From assembly GCA_024720975.1 (NCBI GenBank), contig JANJXX010000003.1, forward strand, positions 32,001 through 96,000: 64,000 nt of DNA. Reading direction: 5' to 3'. A model generated the notes under the pieces. It had not been told where the DNA came from, did no database searches, and worked only from the letters and a program-made list of their open reading frames with translations. This document shows, one piece after another, positions 45,820-56,169 of this stretch. The stretch's first letter is position 1; each line of letters opens with the position of its first letter. Source of the DNA: Thermoproteota archaeon. GTDB lineage: Archaea; Asgardarchaeota; Njordarchaeia; Njordarchaeales; Panguiarchaeaceae. Made by a program: the position numbers and the translations under genes.

Positions 45820-47616
45820 CTATACTAGAATGGCTAATAAACTCAGCAGTACTGATAGGGCGAATGATAGTAGCATGTCTCTGATAAACACTTTAACATA
45901 GACGATAGATAGTCCCTTAATTGCTGCCGCATTGTTTCTACCTAAAACACGTAGATTAATAACTTTTGCCTTGTTTGACACTTCTGCCTCAGTCAAATTT
46001 TCAATGGCCTTCCTAACGGTTTGTATTGTGCATTCCTTAAGGATTTCGCCCTTTTTCTCACCTAATATTGTGTACAGCTTATTTGCGTCCAACGCGCAGA
46101 CTGTGTGCGTGTCTGTAGATAGTAGTTCTACCGACTCAGCTCCAAACTCCTCTCTTATTTTCTCTTTCATGTCTAAGTAGAACTTGGGATTTATATTGTT
46201 GGAGTCATAGGTAATGAGTATATGCAATTTTTGTCCTATTTTCATCGCAATTGCTACAATGCCGAGTCCTCCCAGACCATCTTTAGGCTTGACTTGTTCG
46301 CATTTACACTGATCCACCCCGATCATGAACTTCTTTGGTTCACAGACTTTAGTTATAGCATTTCTAATGAGTTTTCCAAGCATGTGATACTCTTTACTAT
46401 CAATGTCAAGCACTAAACCTTCCACTGGTTCGGATAGAGAATTATGGGCATCTACCAGAAATACATTCTTTCCTGACATATGACCAAGTTCCATTGCAAA
46501 ATAACCAAGTGACGTTTCTAAATCATCCGAATTCTGAGGAGCGTTAGAGGCTAGCAGATATGTTTGATTTCCGAGTGATAATTTAGTTACATGCAAGGAT
46601 CCATTATTAAATATTTCAGGTTCACATATTTCATCGTACCAAAAATTCTCATCAAAGATGCACTTTATTTCCCGCTCGATTACATCCAAGAGCTTGAATT
46701 GCTCCGCCAGGGACGGTAAATTGGCATCATGTGAGGATGCACCCTTGAGAAACAAAGTGGGAATTTTTAGCCTATTCTTCATCTCTCTGAAGAGTATCTC
46801 CGGAAAATCCGATGAACCGGAGTTAAGCAAGGGTCCTGGGTGTATTTGAGCCCCAACGATTGCGAATAGTGGCTCTTTTCTATCTTTGGATCTGAAAGCT
46901 GTTATTGCCACTGGTATTTCGCGATCGATGCTCATTCTCTCTAGTATTTTCTCGAACTCATCACGTTTTCGATCAAGTTTAAGCATTAGGAATGCTCTTA
47001 CGAGCTTCAGTGTGCCAATTTTATTTGTAGTCGGCCATATTTTTTCATTGGAGTAAATTATTGCAAGCGCGGTAAGTATTACCAGAGCGATTAAGAGTGT
47101 CACCTTTGCGAAAGGTGTAATAAAATTCAAAGTTGGGTTATACTGTGCTGTTAAACAATTGGTGCTTCGGATTAATGATAAACTTATGATGGAGACATTC
47201 GAAAAGACAAAGAAGGCCGACTTCCAAATGCCCCAATTTACCAATCCTAGCACAATATATAGCTCCAGGACTGATAGTATGCAGAGAAAGATTGGACAAA
47301 ACCACGCACGCAACAGAGTTAAAATTAATATGAGGTTAAGGAAACCTAGTAGTATATTAGAAATGGCAAGCGCTCTTCTACGATTTAGAGCTCTTACCTC
47401 TTGTGGTAGCTTTAATAATAGTAATGGCATGAAAACAGCTGCAACTGTTAGGATATAGACATCTATTGATGTGACATCTACCCTGTAAAGATTCCATAGA
47501 ATTACAAAGTATATAGAGAACTGAGCCATTAGTGTGAGAAGAGGAGATTTAAGACTAGGGAAAAGAAACATGAGGCGATACAAACGATTGATCTCTTTCA
47601 TCTCATTTTCGCTCAA
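45820..47616 (-). CDS. DUF2070-family archaeal membrane protein
   Basis: N-terminal TM bundle, then HPGP, G.SSHD.N, DAHNS, DSNN and STDTH motifs. Confidence 0.8.
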   Translation of the reverse strand: MSENEMKEINRLYRLMFLFPSLKSPLLTLMAQFSIYFVILWNLYRVDVTSIDVYILTVAAVFMPLLLLKLPQEVRALNRRRALAISNILLGFLNLILILTLLRAWFCPIFLCILSVLELYIVLGLVNWGIWKSAFFVFSNVSIISLSLIRSTNCLTAQYNPTLNFITPFAKVTLLIALVILTALAIIYSNEKIWPTTNKIGTLKLVRAFLMLKLDRKRDEFEKILERMSIDREIPVAITAFRSKDRKEPLFAIVGAQIHPGPLLNSGSSDFPEILFREMKNRLKIPTLFLKGASSHDANLPSLAEQFKLLDVIEREIKCIFDENFWYDEICEPEIFNNGSLHVTKLSLGNQTYLLASNAPQNSDDLETSLGYFAMELGHMSGKNVFLVDAHNSLSEPVEGLVLDIDSKEYHMLGKLIRNAITKVCEPKKFMIGVDQCKCEQVKPKDGLGGLGIVAIAMKIGQKLHILITYDSNNINPKFYLDMKEKIREEFGAESVELLSTDTHTVCALDANKLYTILGEKKGEILKECTIQTVRKAIENLTEAEVSNKAKVINLRVLGRNNAAAIKGLSIVYVKVFIRDMLLSFALSVLLSLLAILV

Positions 47617-47696
47617 AGGAAGGCACCAACTGCTGAACTTGATAGTGTTATGATAGATTCATTGGTGAAATTTTACCTCCACCCGGTTAATGGCTG

Positions 47697-48407
47697 CTAA
47701 TAGTATTCATAATCTGAATAATCTTCAGACTCGTTGTATCCGTGCTCCACTATTGTGTATACTATAGCAGTTTTATACCCCAGCATACGACGCATAAATT
47801 TACTACGAAAGACTATTGCAAAAAGTATCCCGCCTATGATGCCACCAATGTGCGCATAGTGAGCGATAGTTGGAAATATGCCCACAATAGCAAACAATGT
47901 GAAGAGTGCCACTAGCATTGTGATCATTGCCCATGCGGGAAGAACAAGGAATGCGAAAAAGACAAACATGGCTATTCTTCTTTGAGGATAGAGAACAGCA
48001 TAAGCCCCTAAAATTCCAAAGACTGCTCCTGATGCTCCAAGCGCTGGGATGTCTTTGTAGGGACATAAGAGGATGTGCATAAACGCACCAAGAAGCCCAG
48101 AGAGAAAGTACAGAAGTGCAAATGCCTTATGACCAAAATTGCGTTCACACTCTGGCCCAAACATATATAGAGCGTACATGTTAAAGAATATGTGAAGAAA
48201 ATCAGCATGGAGAAACATGTGAGTTATTATAGTCCAAAGCATGGCACCGCGTAGAACTGCATTCGGACGCAGAGCGAAGTAATTGATCATAAGCGCTGGA
48301 TTAATGAGTTCTAAAACGAAGATAACTAGGTTTGATATTATTATAGATTTAACCACAATAGGATTGAAACGATAGGGTTCTAGTCCGTGTTCGTACCAGA
48401 AAACCAT
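47697..48407 (-). CDS. Rhomboid intramembrane serine protease
   Basis: HMFLHADFLHIFFNM, catalytic GASG and AHYAHIGG. Confidence 0.95.
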   Translation of the reverse strand: MVFWYEHGLEPYRFNPIVVKSIIISNLVIFVLELINPALMINYFALRPNAVLRGAMLWTIITHMFLHADFLHIFFNMYALYMFGPECERNFGHKAFALLYFLSGLLGAFMHILLCPYKDIPALGASGAVFGILGAYAVLYPQRRIAMFVFFAFLVLPAWAMITMLVALFTLFAIVGIFPTIAHYAHIGGIIGGILFAIVFRSKFMRRMLGYKTAIVYTIVEHGYNESEDYSDYEYY

Positions 48408-48458
48408 TTTCTATCTCCTTAGTACTAAGCCAATTCTACCTTATAAGATAGTACTGAC

Positions 48459-49679
48459 CTAAATTTCTTCCCATTCATACAGCGTCGAAAGCCAAATGTA
48501 ATCCTCAACACCTTTTATTTTATCAAGTTCACTGGCTATCAACCCGTATGCTTTACCTAGTGTTCTAAGTTTCACTTGAACCACATAGTCATACTTTCCG
48601 GTAACTGCTGAAACTCTTATTACGCCTCTAATCTTAGATAGACTCTCCAGAATTCCTCGTGGCGATGCACCAGCTCTAATTCTTATTAATACAATAGCTC
48701 TAACCTCTGATAATGCAAGCAGTATTATTCCCATTGCAACCAAAACCGCCCCAATAACCTTTATAATGAGGATCCATACATTTGTACTTATCTCTACAAA
48801 GTAACCTGGAGATAATAAATTGCTAAGAATTGTGATAGGAATACCGAGAATTGCAGACACGGATGATACTGCCTGTACTATACTAGCCTTTCCCATGCCG
48901 ACGGCGCGAATATAAGTAACCTTAGCAAAGAAGGTTATCGTCATAGATACTACAACTATAATTATCACCTCGTTTCCAATTTTAAACATTTCAAGTACAT
49001 AACTCGGGTTCATTATGTATGTGACCACAAGAAACATCAAAGTTGTTAGCAATAGGTACCAGAGTCTAATATTTATCGAATCGTATCTTCTGGCATCCAC
49101 AACAACTGAGCGAACTTTCCTCTGAGATAAAGCTACTATCGTTGTTCCTCCATTTACTAGTGTCAGAACTATTATGAGACCGAGGACATCAATATTTCCG
49201 CTTGGAGACATCGAAGCGAGGAGTGCTCCAAACAATATCGAGGAGATAGCATGTAATTCAGAAATCGTAGGCGAATCTTTTTCGGTGAATATTTCGCATA
49301 GGATAATATAAGCTACCGCAGCCTGCATAAAAGGCAATATTGCAGATGGATCACTGAATGCATAAAGTACATAGAAGTAACCCAAAGAGGCGATGGTATT
49401 TCCAAAGGCCATTAAAACAATCTGCTTAAACGCTTTACCACTGATGAATTTAATTCTAGTAAAATTGGGATCGACGTACTTACCTAATGGCTTCCCTTTA
49501 ATTGGTACTAGGAGAAAGAAAACGATTAAAACACTTATGAGAGACCCAACGACAAAGGAGACGTTAGCGTAAATCCATATGTTTGGCGCAGTTTTCTCAC
49601 CAATTATGTCCAGTGGAATAACAATTGCACTAAGCACACCAGAGAGAATTCCTAGCAGGTAAAAGATTTTTCTTTTCAT
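48459..49679 (-). CDS. DMT/EamA-like membrane protein fused to a C-terminal Lrp/AsnC ligand-binding (RAM) domain
   Basis: About ten TM segments in two repeats. C-terminal AIVLIR...GV..VSAVTGKYDYVVQV...GVED is a RAM pattern. Confidence 0.75.
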   Translation of the reverse strand: MKRKIFYLLGILSGVLSAIVIPLDIIGEKTAPNIWIYANVSFVVGSLISVLIVFFLLVPIKGKPLGKYVDPNFTRIKFISGKAFKQIVLMAFGNTIASLGYFYVLYAFSDPSAILPFMQAAVAYIILCEIFTEKDSPTISELHAISSILFGALLASMSPSGNIDVLGLIIVLTLVNGGTTIVALSQRKVRSVVVDARRYDSINIRLWYLLLTTLMFLVVTYIMNPSYVLEMFKIGNEVIIIVVVSMTITFFAKVTYIRAVGMGKASIVQAVSSVSAILGIPITILSNLLSPGYFVEISTNVWILIIKVIGAVLVAMGIILLALSEVRAIVLIRIRAGASPRGILESLSKIRGVIRVSAVTGKYDYVVQVKLRTLGKAYGLIASELDKIKGVEDYIWLSTLYEWEEI

Positions 49680-49691
49680 AGTAACCCCAAG

Positions 49692-49943
49692 CTATTCGGT
49701 AATGACTTCCTTCTCCACTATATGTGTTGTAGTTCGCTCCACACCATCAATAGCATGAATCTTCTCCGTAACTTCGAATAGTTCCTCGAGACTATTGCTA
49801 TGAACTCTCACAATGACATCGTACTCTCCTGCCACCACGGAAATTGATTTTACATGCTCGATTTTCTTAAGCTCATTGATAACGCTACGCATTTTGCCAA
49901 CAGTGACGTTTATCATTACATAAGCTATAATCAAGAAAGACAC
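49692..49943 (-). CDS. Standalone Lrp/AsnC ligand-binding (RAM) domain protein
   Basis: AYVMINV..G, V.GEYDVIVRV, IDGVERTTT. No HTH. Confidence 0.88.
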   Translation of the reverse strand: MSFLIIAYVMINVTVGKMRSVINELKKIEHVKSISVVAGEYDVIVRVHSNSLEELFEVTEKIHAIDGVERTTTHIVEKEVITE

Positions 49944-49993
49944 CCGGTCACTGAGTTGAATTTATAATACACCGGATTCATATAATCAATTGG

Positions 49994-51385
49994 CTAGACT
50001 GTGTATTTATAAAGAGCTAAATCATACACACTCTCGATAATAAACCCACCAGGAGGGGCTTCTATAGAACCAACAGGTGCCGTAATGTACCACACTATAT
50101 AAGCTACATGAAAACCTCTCTGCTTGGCTAAATTGAGATACCTCTCGAAATCATCATCCGGATGTGTTACTAGAACATTATGACTATTGAGCGGCACCCC
50201 AGCCGCATAGGCACACGAAGCTTCTGCATGATGAACTATTATAGCTGAACTCTCATCAAGATATTCAAGTGCTTTTCTGAAGAGCTGTTTTGCTGCCTCT
50301 AACTGCCACGGGAATCCATTTCCACCAACCAAGGCCGGTGGAACTGTTTTACGGAAGGAGTCTCTTATAGGGTATATATAGAAAATTGCCGGGTAAATTG
50401 CTGAGATAGTGATGTTATACAGTATTAACAATTTATATATTCTTCGCCTGTCATGCAAGCCATTGATAAGCATAAATATAAATGCAAGCAGTGGATACGC
50501 TGCGAGAAATGTTATTCTGTATGTAAATTCGAAGACGAATGCGGCTGTCAAGATTGCAAAAATCCATGTTAGTAGTTTTCTATTTTCGGTATTCAGAATT
50601 AATGTGCGTGAAATTTCAGGTCTTTTGTGAAGGATCATTAAAATGATCGGTATGACTGGTGCGTACAACCAAAGTATGTATAGTGGAAGCTCTGCTCTAG
50701 ATACGTACCAGTAGGATTCAAAAATCTCCATCATAGGGAAATTCCATAAGATCATCTTAGTCAAAATCACTATACTCGCTCCAATAAGCACTCCAGAAGC
50801 CGGTATAACAGCTCGCATTTTCCGCATTACTAATAATTCATAAAGGATGCCAGCCCCGATAAAAATGGCACTATAGGGATGACCTAATCCGGCAAGAATA
50901 GACAAAATGAAGGCATTAACATCTTTGCCTTCCTTGTAGAATGCTAACGCCAATAGCGATAATGATATTCCAACAACATTTCTGTGAAGATCCCATAAGA
51001 TCCTTAGAATTACAAAGAAGGTGTAAGTAAAGGCGACAAATCTCAAAACATGATCCTCCTTTACCCCATATTTTATAGCCCAGTACGCCGTTGAGAACGT
51101 AAAAAATCCAGAAACAAGTACTGATCCTATCTTTATAGCTATCAGTACATTACCAATTGCACGATATAACAAGTAAAGGAAAATCGGGTAGAGGGGGGCA
51201 TCGGAAGCATAGTCCCACATTTCACATACACACATAAGCACGTACCACGCACTAGGGTCATATCCTACTGGAAATTCACCGTTGCAAATTTCAATAATTG
51301 CTCTCAAGATTACCCCTAGTAGAAATGCTTTCAGCAAAATTTTGGATCGTTTAGAAATCGCCCACCGGACCCGTATGTTGACCAT
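49994..51385 (-). CDS. Multi-pass membrane protein, GT-C glycosyltransferase-like
   Basis: First TM followed by FPVGYDP.WY loop (acidic residue), PLYP, WDLHRN, GH, ~10 TMs and a soluble C-terminal domain. Confidence 0.55.
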   Translation of the reverse strand: MVNIRVRWAISKRSKILLKAFLLGVILRAIIEICNGEFPVGYDPSAWYVLMCVCEMWDYASDAPLYPIFLYLLYRAIGNVLIAIKIGSVLVSGFFTFSTAYWAIKYGVKEDHVLRFVAFTYTFFVILRILWDLHRNVVGISLSLLALAFYKEGKDVNAFILSILAGLGHPYSAIFIGAGILYELLVMRKMRAVIPASGVLIGASIVILTKMILWNFPMMEIFESYWYVSRAELPLYILWLYAPVIPIILMILHKRPEISRTLILNTENRKLLTWIFAILTAAFVFEFTYRITFLAAYPLLAFIFMLINGLHDRRRIYKLLILYNITISAIYPAIFYIYPIRDSFRKTVPPALVGGNGFPWQLEAAKQLFRKALEYLDESSAIIVHHAEASCAYAAGVPLNSHNVLVTHPDDDFERYLNLAKQRGFHVAYIVWYITAPVGSIEAPPGGFIIESVYDLALYKYTV

Positions 51386-51565
51386 ATAGAACCCCTAAAG
51401 AATAGCATTTATTCCCGCTATTAGTGGCTTCTATATCAATTATTCACTAACCTGCTTTTGGACACCCCATTCAGCAAACGAACTAAGTGTTGCAAGATTT
51501 TAAAATGGCTCTTTTTTATTATCTTTTTCTCCTTTAATATTACCACCATCAGTTGGTGAACATTA

Positions 51566-52117
51566 ATGAAAACCTTGAAAGACGAATCAGGTGACATCGA
51601 AAGTTTGATAACAACGCTTCAGGAGAAAATTCGCGATGAGGCTCGAAAATTTATAATAGAGGACGCTATGATAAAGATTCTTAAATACATCAAACTACTC
51701 AAGAAAGACTTCAGAGTCTTACCGGGCCTTGGTCTAGTTATCGAGGAAAAGGCTCAAGATCTTACCGTACCAATACACATAATTTTCATACCTCCGGAAT
51801 GGATAGAGATGAAGACCCTACTTGCAAGCGGTAAAGAACTACCATCTAATCTGGCGAATCAATGCCGAGTTTATGAAATCCTACTGAAATTAGCAAATGA
51901 TTTTGCTGAACTAAGTTTTAGCATAGATAAAGAGGAAAACCTATATGCGCGACAAAATATACTCGTGGGGGCTTTATCATTTGATGCCTTCAAGGAAGAA
52001 TACAATGCTCTTGTTCTATCGGCAGTGATATTCAGAAAAGAACTTCTTAAAAAATTCAAAGCATGCGTAAGAAAGTATGAGGAGTTTAAAAAGACTTTTG
52101 AATCTGAGTTGACTTAA
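51566..52117 (+). CDS. YbjN/T3SS-chaperone-like fold protein
   Basis: WIEMK...LLKLANDFAELSFSIDKEENL...FKEEYNALV. Clear paralog of the next gene. Confidence 0.6.
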   Translation: MKTLKDESGDIESLITTLQEKIRDEARKFIIEDAMIKILKYIKLLKKDFRVLPGLGLVIEEKAQDLTVPIHIIFIPPEWIEMKTLLASGKELPSNLANQCRVYEILLKLANDFAELSFSIDKEENLYARQNILVGALSFDAFKEEYNALVLSAVIFRKELLKKFKACVRKYEEFKKTFESELT

Positions 52118-52125
52118 AGTAGAGG

Positions 52126-52584
52126 ATGAATATGCTAGCTGTCACTGGATTTGAGTCCTTCTTTATTGACAAGCTGGTGGAATATCTGTCCCTTATGAAT
52201 AAAAATTTCGAAGTACTACCAGAAGGAATTAACGTGTATGAAAAAATAAACGGTAAGGAAGTAAGAATTCTGATTCTGTTGTCCAATAAATGGATAAGAA
52301 TCTACGCAAGGCTGGGCAATCTGGTAGAATTTCCGGACGAAATAAAGGAAGAGCTCCTGGAAAGGCTGCTAAGAATTAATTGGGATTACGCAGAAGTAAA
52401 TTTCAGCATTGATTCTGAAGGCAATATATGCTCAGTTCAAGACGAATACATTCATGCCTTCTATTATGATGTCTTCGAGCAAGAGTATAATGCTGTGCTA
52501 GCATCTGTAAAACTGTTTGAAGCTACTAAAGAAGAGATACTCAGATCTATAAGTGCAAAAGCAACACGCGGAGAAAGATCCTAG
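52126..52584 (+). CDS. YbjN/T3SS-chaperone-like fold protein
   Basis: WIRIYA...LLRINWDYAEVNFSIDSEGNI...FEQEYNAVL, matching the YbjN 'LL.lN......F.ld.dg' pattern. Confidence 0.7.
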   Translation: MNMLAVTGFESFFIDKLVEYLSLMNKNFEVLPEGINVYEKINGKEVRILILLSNKWIRIYARLGNLVEFPDEIKEELLERLLRINWDYAEVNFSIDSEGNICSVQDEYIHAFYYDVFEQEYNAVLASVKLFEATKEEILRSISAKATRGERS

Positions 52585-52733
52585 GGCTAAAACTTGCTGA
52601 ATCTCTTGACTAAATCCCTTTCTTTACCCTGTCACCACCACTTACAAGTCAATCCAGCCTCCTCATACACTCAAGCTTCACACTATATGTACTCAGAATA
52701 TGCGTTGGCACTCACAATAATTTTAAGCCCTTC

Positions 52734-54245
52734 TTAGTGCACTTTGCTAGCTATCTTCCATCGTATAATGTAATTAACGTACGATTCTTTTTTATTCACT
52801 AGACTTTTTCCGTCAAGACCTTTTTGTATAGGTATATCCAATAAAGCATATAGCGACGGAGCTATATCATATATCGAGATTACGCGATGGTTTGTTCGAG
52901 GTATGCTCTCAGATTTTGCTATTAGAACAGCATCGAAGTCATGATAATTGGTTATCTTGCGAATTGCTGGTACTCCCATAAGGACTGGCGATGTTATATA
53001 TCCCGCCTTAACGTTACCAAAGATACAAATATCAGGCGCCTTATTGACAAATGCACCCCAGTAAATCTGATCCTTCTTTGCCACGAGTCCAAATACCCTT
53101 CTGTTGTACTTATCTCTTATTCCTGACAGCAGCCTTACTACGTAGTTAGTATACTTATCCTTAGCTTCTATTTTGCTGTTGATGTTAATAAAGAATGCGG
53201 GTATGCTCAATGAAGCAAACGCTAGGGAGATGTTCGAATCTACAAAGAATCTTACATTGCTTGATATAACTTTTTTGTAAATTTGCCTATGAATGTTGTT
53301 AGCTAGGGGAACTCTTTGAAGGCTATCGAATAATACTGCCAGAGTCTTTTCTATGATGCCAGTCCTGCTAGGTTTATGCATCTGAAGCTTCTTTACGGGC
53401 GCTTTCTCAGATACTCTTCTAATTGTAAAGCCTCTCGCCAGGCCCAGTTTTCTTAGAATCGTGTTTACAAATACAACTTTGCTGTACGTTTTGAAACCGT
53501 GATCTGAAGCAATAATTATATCTAAGTTTCGTCTTATTGCTCTCCCTATCAATGAATCTACAAGGCTATCAAATTCATCCAGGACTTTTTTTATGAAATT
53601 TGGCACTTCATTTTTGCCGGTAATTACATGGTAGAAGCTATGCATTATCCAGTCTAAATCGCTTAAAACGATAAAGTAATTCTCCAGGAAATGAAACTCT
53701 AACAGTCCCTCCAGAACCCATTTTCTTATCTTTAGCTCTTTCTCTAAAATTTCGGCGAATTTCCGCCAACCAAGCACGCTTCTAAGTAGTGGGTTAAGAT
53801 ATACCCTCCTTTTTACGATATCCTCAATAAGGTTTCTTTTTTCGTGTTTGATTAAAACTTTACCATTTCCGGCTAACCAGTCTGGAACGCCAACGCCATA
53901 TAACACTCTGAATGGGTACGATAAGGGAACATTATATACCACCACGGATCTTTTATGCATCGATAGAATCTCAAATATGTAAGGAAACTTTACATCTAGA
54001 CTACTACAAACTCTGGTGCTGCCTCCTTCTGCATTAAAGAAACCAAACACACCATGCTTTCCAGGATTTACCCCGGTGAATATGGATGTCCAAGCAGGCA
54101 CTGTTTGTGGAGGAAAGCAAGCTTTGGCGATTGCCTTAAAATATCTCTCTGCTAAAAAGCTTATCGAATTTAGATGCCCTTTATTGGAAAGTCGCCTCAA
54201 ACACTCCAAGCTAAGTCCATCGATACCAAGAACAAAAACACCCAT
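52734..54245 (-). CDS. Alkaline-phosphatase superfamily (nucleotide pyrophosphatase/phosphodiesterase) protein
   Basis: LGIDG, PPQTVPAWTSIFTGVNPGKHG, D..MH, SDHGF, APD, H, DIAP. Confidence 0.88.
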   Translation of the reverse strand: MGVFVLGIDGLSLECLRRLSNKGHLNSISFLAERYFKAIAKACFPPQTVPAWTSIFTGVNPGKHGVFGFFNAEGGSTRVCSSLDVKFPYIFEILSMHKRSVVVYNVPLSYPFRVLYGVGVPDWLAGNGKVLIKHEKRNLIEDIVKRRVYLNPLLRSVLGWRKFAEILEKELKIRKWVLEGLLEFHFLENYFIVLSDLDWIMHSFYHVITGKNEVPNFIKKVLDEFDSLVDSLIGRAIRRNLDIIIASDHGFKTYSKVVFVNTILRKLGLARGFTIRRVSEKAPVKKLQMHKPSRTGIIEKTLAVLFDSLQRVPLANNIHRQIYKKVISSNVRFFVDSNISLAFASLSIPAFFININSKIEAKDKYTNYVVRLLSGIRDKYNRRVFGLVAKKDQIYWGAFVNKAPDICIFGNVKAGYITSPVLMGVPAIRKITNYHDFDAVLIAKSESIPRTNHRVISIYDIAPSLYALLDIPIQKGLDGKSLVNKKESYVNYIIRWKIASKVH

Positions 54246-54381
54246 ATTTCAAGCACCAGATTAAGGTATTAATTAATTCTGGTGATACAAAGGTTTGGTT
54301 TCTGTGAATGCTTCTCAGCGCCGCATCTGACCAAAGAAGTTGACTTATGCAGTATTGTATCTAAAAATAAAATGCTTTAAT

Positions 54382-55251
54382 TCAATATGCACTTAGCTCC
54401 CCTCGCTTTCTTACGCTATCATATGCAATACTAAAGATCTTTATGGATATCGGATATCCAACCACAATGTAAATGACCATATACAAGATGTCTCTAATGA
54501 TTCTTGAATGCAGCAGATTTGCGCCCCATATAAGCGAGTACCTTATTGCATCCAAAGAGAATGTTAGAGGTAATAGAAGAGAGACAAATCGAAGCTGCGT
54601 TGGTAGCAGCAAGACTGGAAAGAAAACTCCACTTAGGAGATTGTTTATCCATGTTATAAGCCATCCTATAGGATCCCCCTGCTTAAATCTTAAGACCATA
54701 GCAGCAGATATTATGCCTATAGGCAAATTCGCGAGCACTAGCAATATAACAAGAATAGAAAGAGTCAGCATTGTCTCCAGATTTATCACGAGTGCAGCAT
54801 TCAATGCCAGTCCAATCCCAATTATTAAGACAAGGAAAGCCGTAGAATATAGGAAGTAGTACAATACATCGCCTAAGAAAATTATGATGAAGCTTGTAGG
54901 AGTGGATAAGACACTTTCTAGCGTCCCATGAAATTGCTCAAATCTAAGCGTTATAGAGAGACTTCGAAGACTAGCTGTAACGTAGTGTGATACGGCAATC
55001 CCAATTAGAGCAAATGTGAAATAACTTTGTCCATAACCTGCTTGACTTATACTCTCAGGCTTAACTATGAAGGCAAGAAGAAAATACGTTAATACCATGA
55101 AGAACGTATTAGCAAAATCAAAAACGATCCATATCTTATAGTTAAATCGTATCTTTGCCCTCCTGATCATAGCGATTATAACTTTATCCCAAGGTGATAC
55201 ACTACTAGATTCCTTAGATCCAATAACTTCAAGAACTTCCTCAACACGCAT
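54382..55251 (-). CDS. ABC-2 type exporter permease
   Basis: EQFHGTLESVLSTP, SGVFFPV.LLP, LPLT. Start reassigned to ATG 55251 after AGGTG. Confidence 0.88.
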   Translation of the reverse strand: MRVEEVLEVIGSKESSSVSPWDKVIIAMIRRAKIRFNYKIWIVFDFANTFFMVLTYFLLAFIVKPESISQAGYGQSYFTFALIGIAVSHYVTASLRSLSITLRFEQFHGTLESVLSTPTSFIIIFLGDVLYYFLYSTAFLVLIIGIGLALNAALVINLETMLTLSILVILLVLANLPIGIISAAMVLRFKQGDPIGWLITWINNLLSGVFFPVLLLPTQLRFVSLLLPLTFSLDAIRYSLIWGANLLHSRIIRDILYMVIYIVVGYPISIKIFSIAYDSVRKRGELSAY

Positions 55252-55261
55252 TAGAGGGCAC

Positions 55262-56155
55262 CTAATAGGCAGCCAGAATTCCCTCCTTCTTTGCAATTTC
55301 GAGATATTTATTGAAAACTTTGAAACCCAGGTAAACGAGCGGAAGGAACGCTATAAGAAATACCATGTGAAAGATCATTTTAGGATGAAGGAGGGGTAGT
55401 TCATCCATAAGCGTCCTCCTAAAAAGTTCTAATCCATGCGTAAATGGGAGAGATAAACTGATGTAATAAAGTGGCGCAATGTTATAGAGCAATGATATTG
55501 GATAGAGAACTCCACCTAGAAACTCCATAGCTACTGACAAGAAAAATAACATTGTCTCAAGCTCCTTATGCTTTATATACATTCCAGCGGCGATTACACC
55601 TATTCCGGAATGGACTACTATCGTTAGCAGCAATACAAATATTGCTTGAAACCAGGCTAGGAGGTTTGTAGATATACCAGCACCCAGGATCATGCCAATG
55701 ATTATAGCGCCAACAAACCAAAAAGAGGACCAAGAAAAGCCGTACATTATCTGACCAACAAGCCATGATTTGAGATTATCAACGTCTGCAACTACGAGGC
55801 TTTCAAGTGTTCCCTCTGATATTTCATGCGAGAGTTTGTGAGCTAATCTAGAAATTGACGACCATAGATAGCGAGATAGACTTATCCCAAGCACTGCAAA
55901 TGCTAGGTAGTCTGGAGAATATCCCAAAGAACTCAGAGCTTGTTTAGATATAAGAAAGCTCACGAAGTAGTATATCAGAACACTAATGGTTATGTCTATT
56001 ATATCTATGGCGATAGCCATTCTATACTCAAAGAGAATCCTAAGTTGATAGTATAGTGAGGCTACTGCTCTGGTAATAAAGGATTCATGCTTCTTTTCCT
56101 TAACCTGAAATATGTTTAAGACCTCATCAACCTCACTGACCACATTTAACACCAT
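55262..56155 (-). CDS. ABC-2 type exporter permease (paralog)
   Basis: EISEGTLE, GGVLYPI.LL, LPFTHG, six TMs. Confidence 0.88.
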   Translation of the reverse strand: MVLNVVSEVDEVLNIFQVKEKKHESFITRAVASLYYQLRILFEYRMAIAIDIIDITISVLIYYFVSFLISKQALSSLGYSPDYLAFAVLGISLSRYLWSSISRLAHKLSHEISEGTLESLVVADVDNLKSWLVGQIMYGFSWSSFWFVGAIIIGMILGAGISTNLLAWFQAIFVLLLTIVVHSGIGVIAAGMYIKHKELETMLFFLSVAMEFLGGVLYPISLLYNIAPLYYISLSLPFTHGLELFRRTLMDELPLLHPKMIFHMVFLIAFLPLVYLGFKVFNKYLEIAKKEGILAAY

Positions 56156-56169
56156 AACATCAAATTAGT

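Noticed and set aside
52585-52733. Intergenic stretch between convergent genes that might hold a small RNA or ORF
   Set aside because: No tRNA cloverleaf, no canonical C/D boxes and no convincing ORF.
54290-54370. Possible C/D box sRNA (CTGA near 54327)
   Set aside because: No canonical RTGATGA C box and no terminal CTGA D box.
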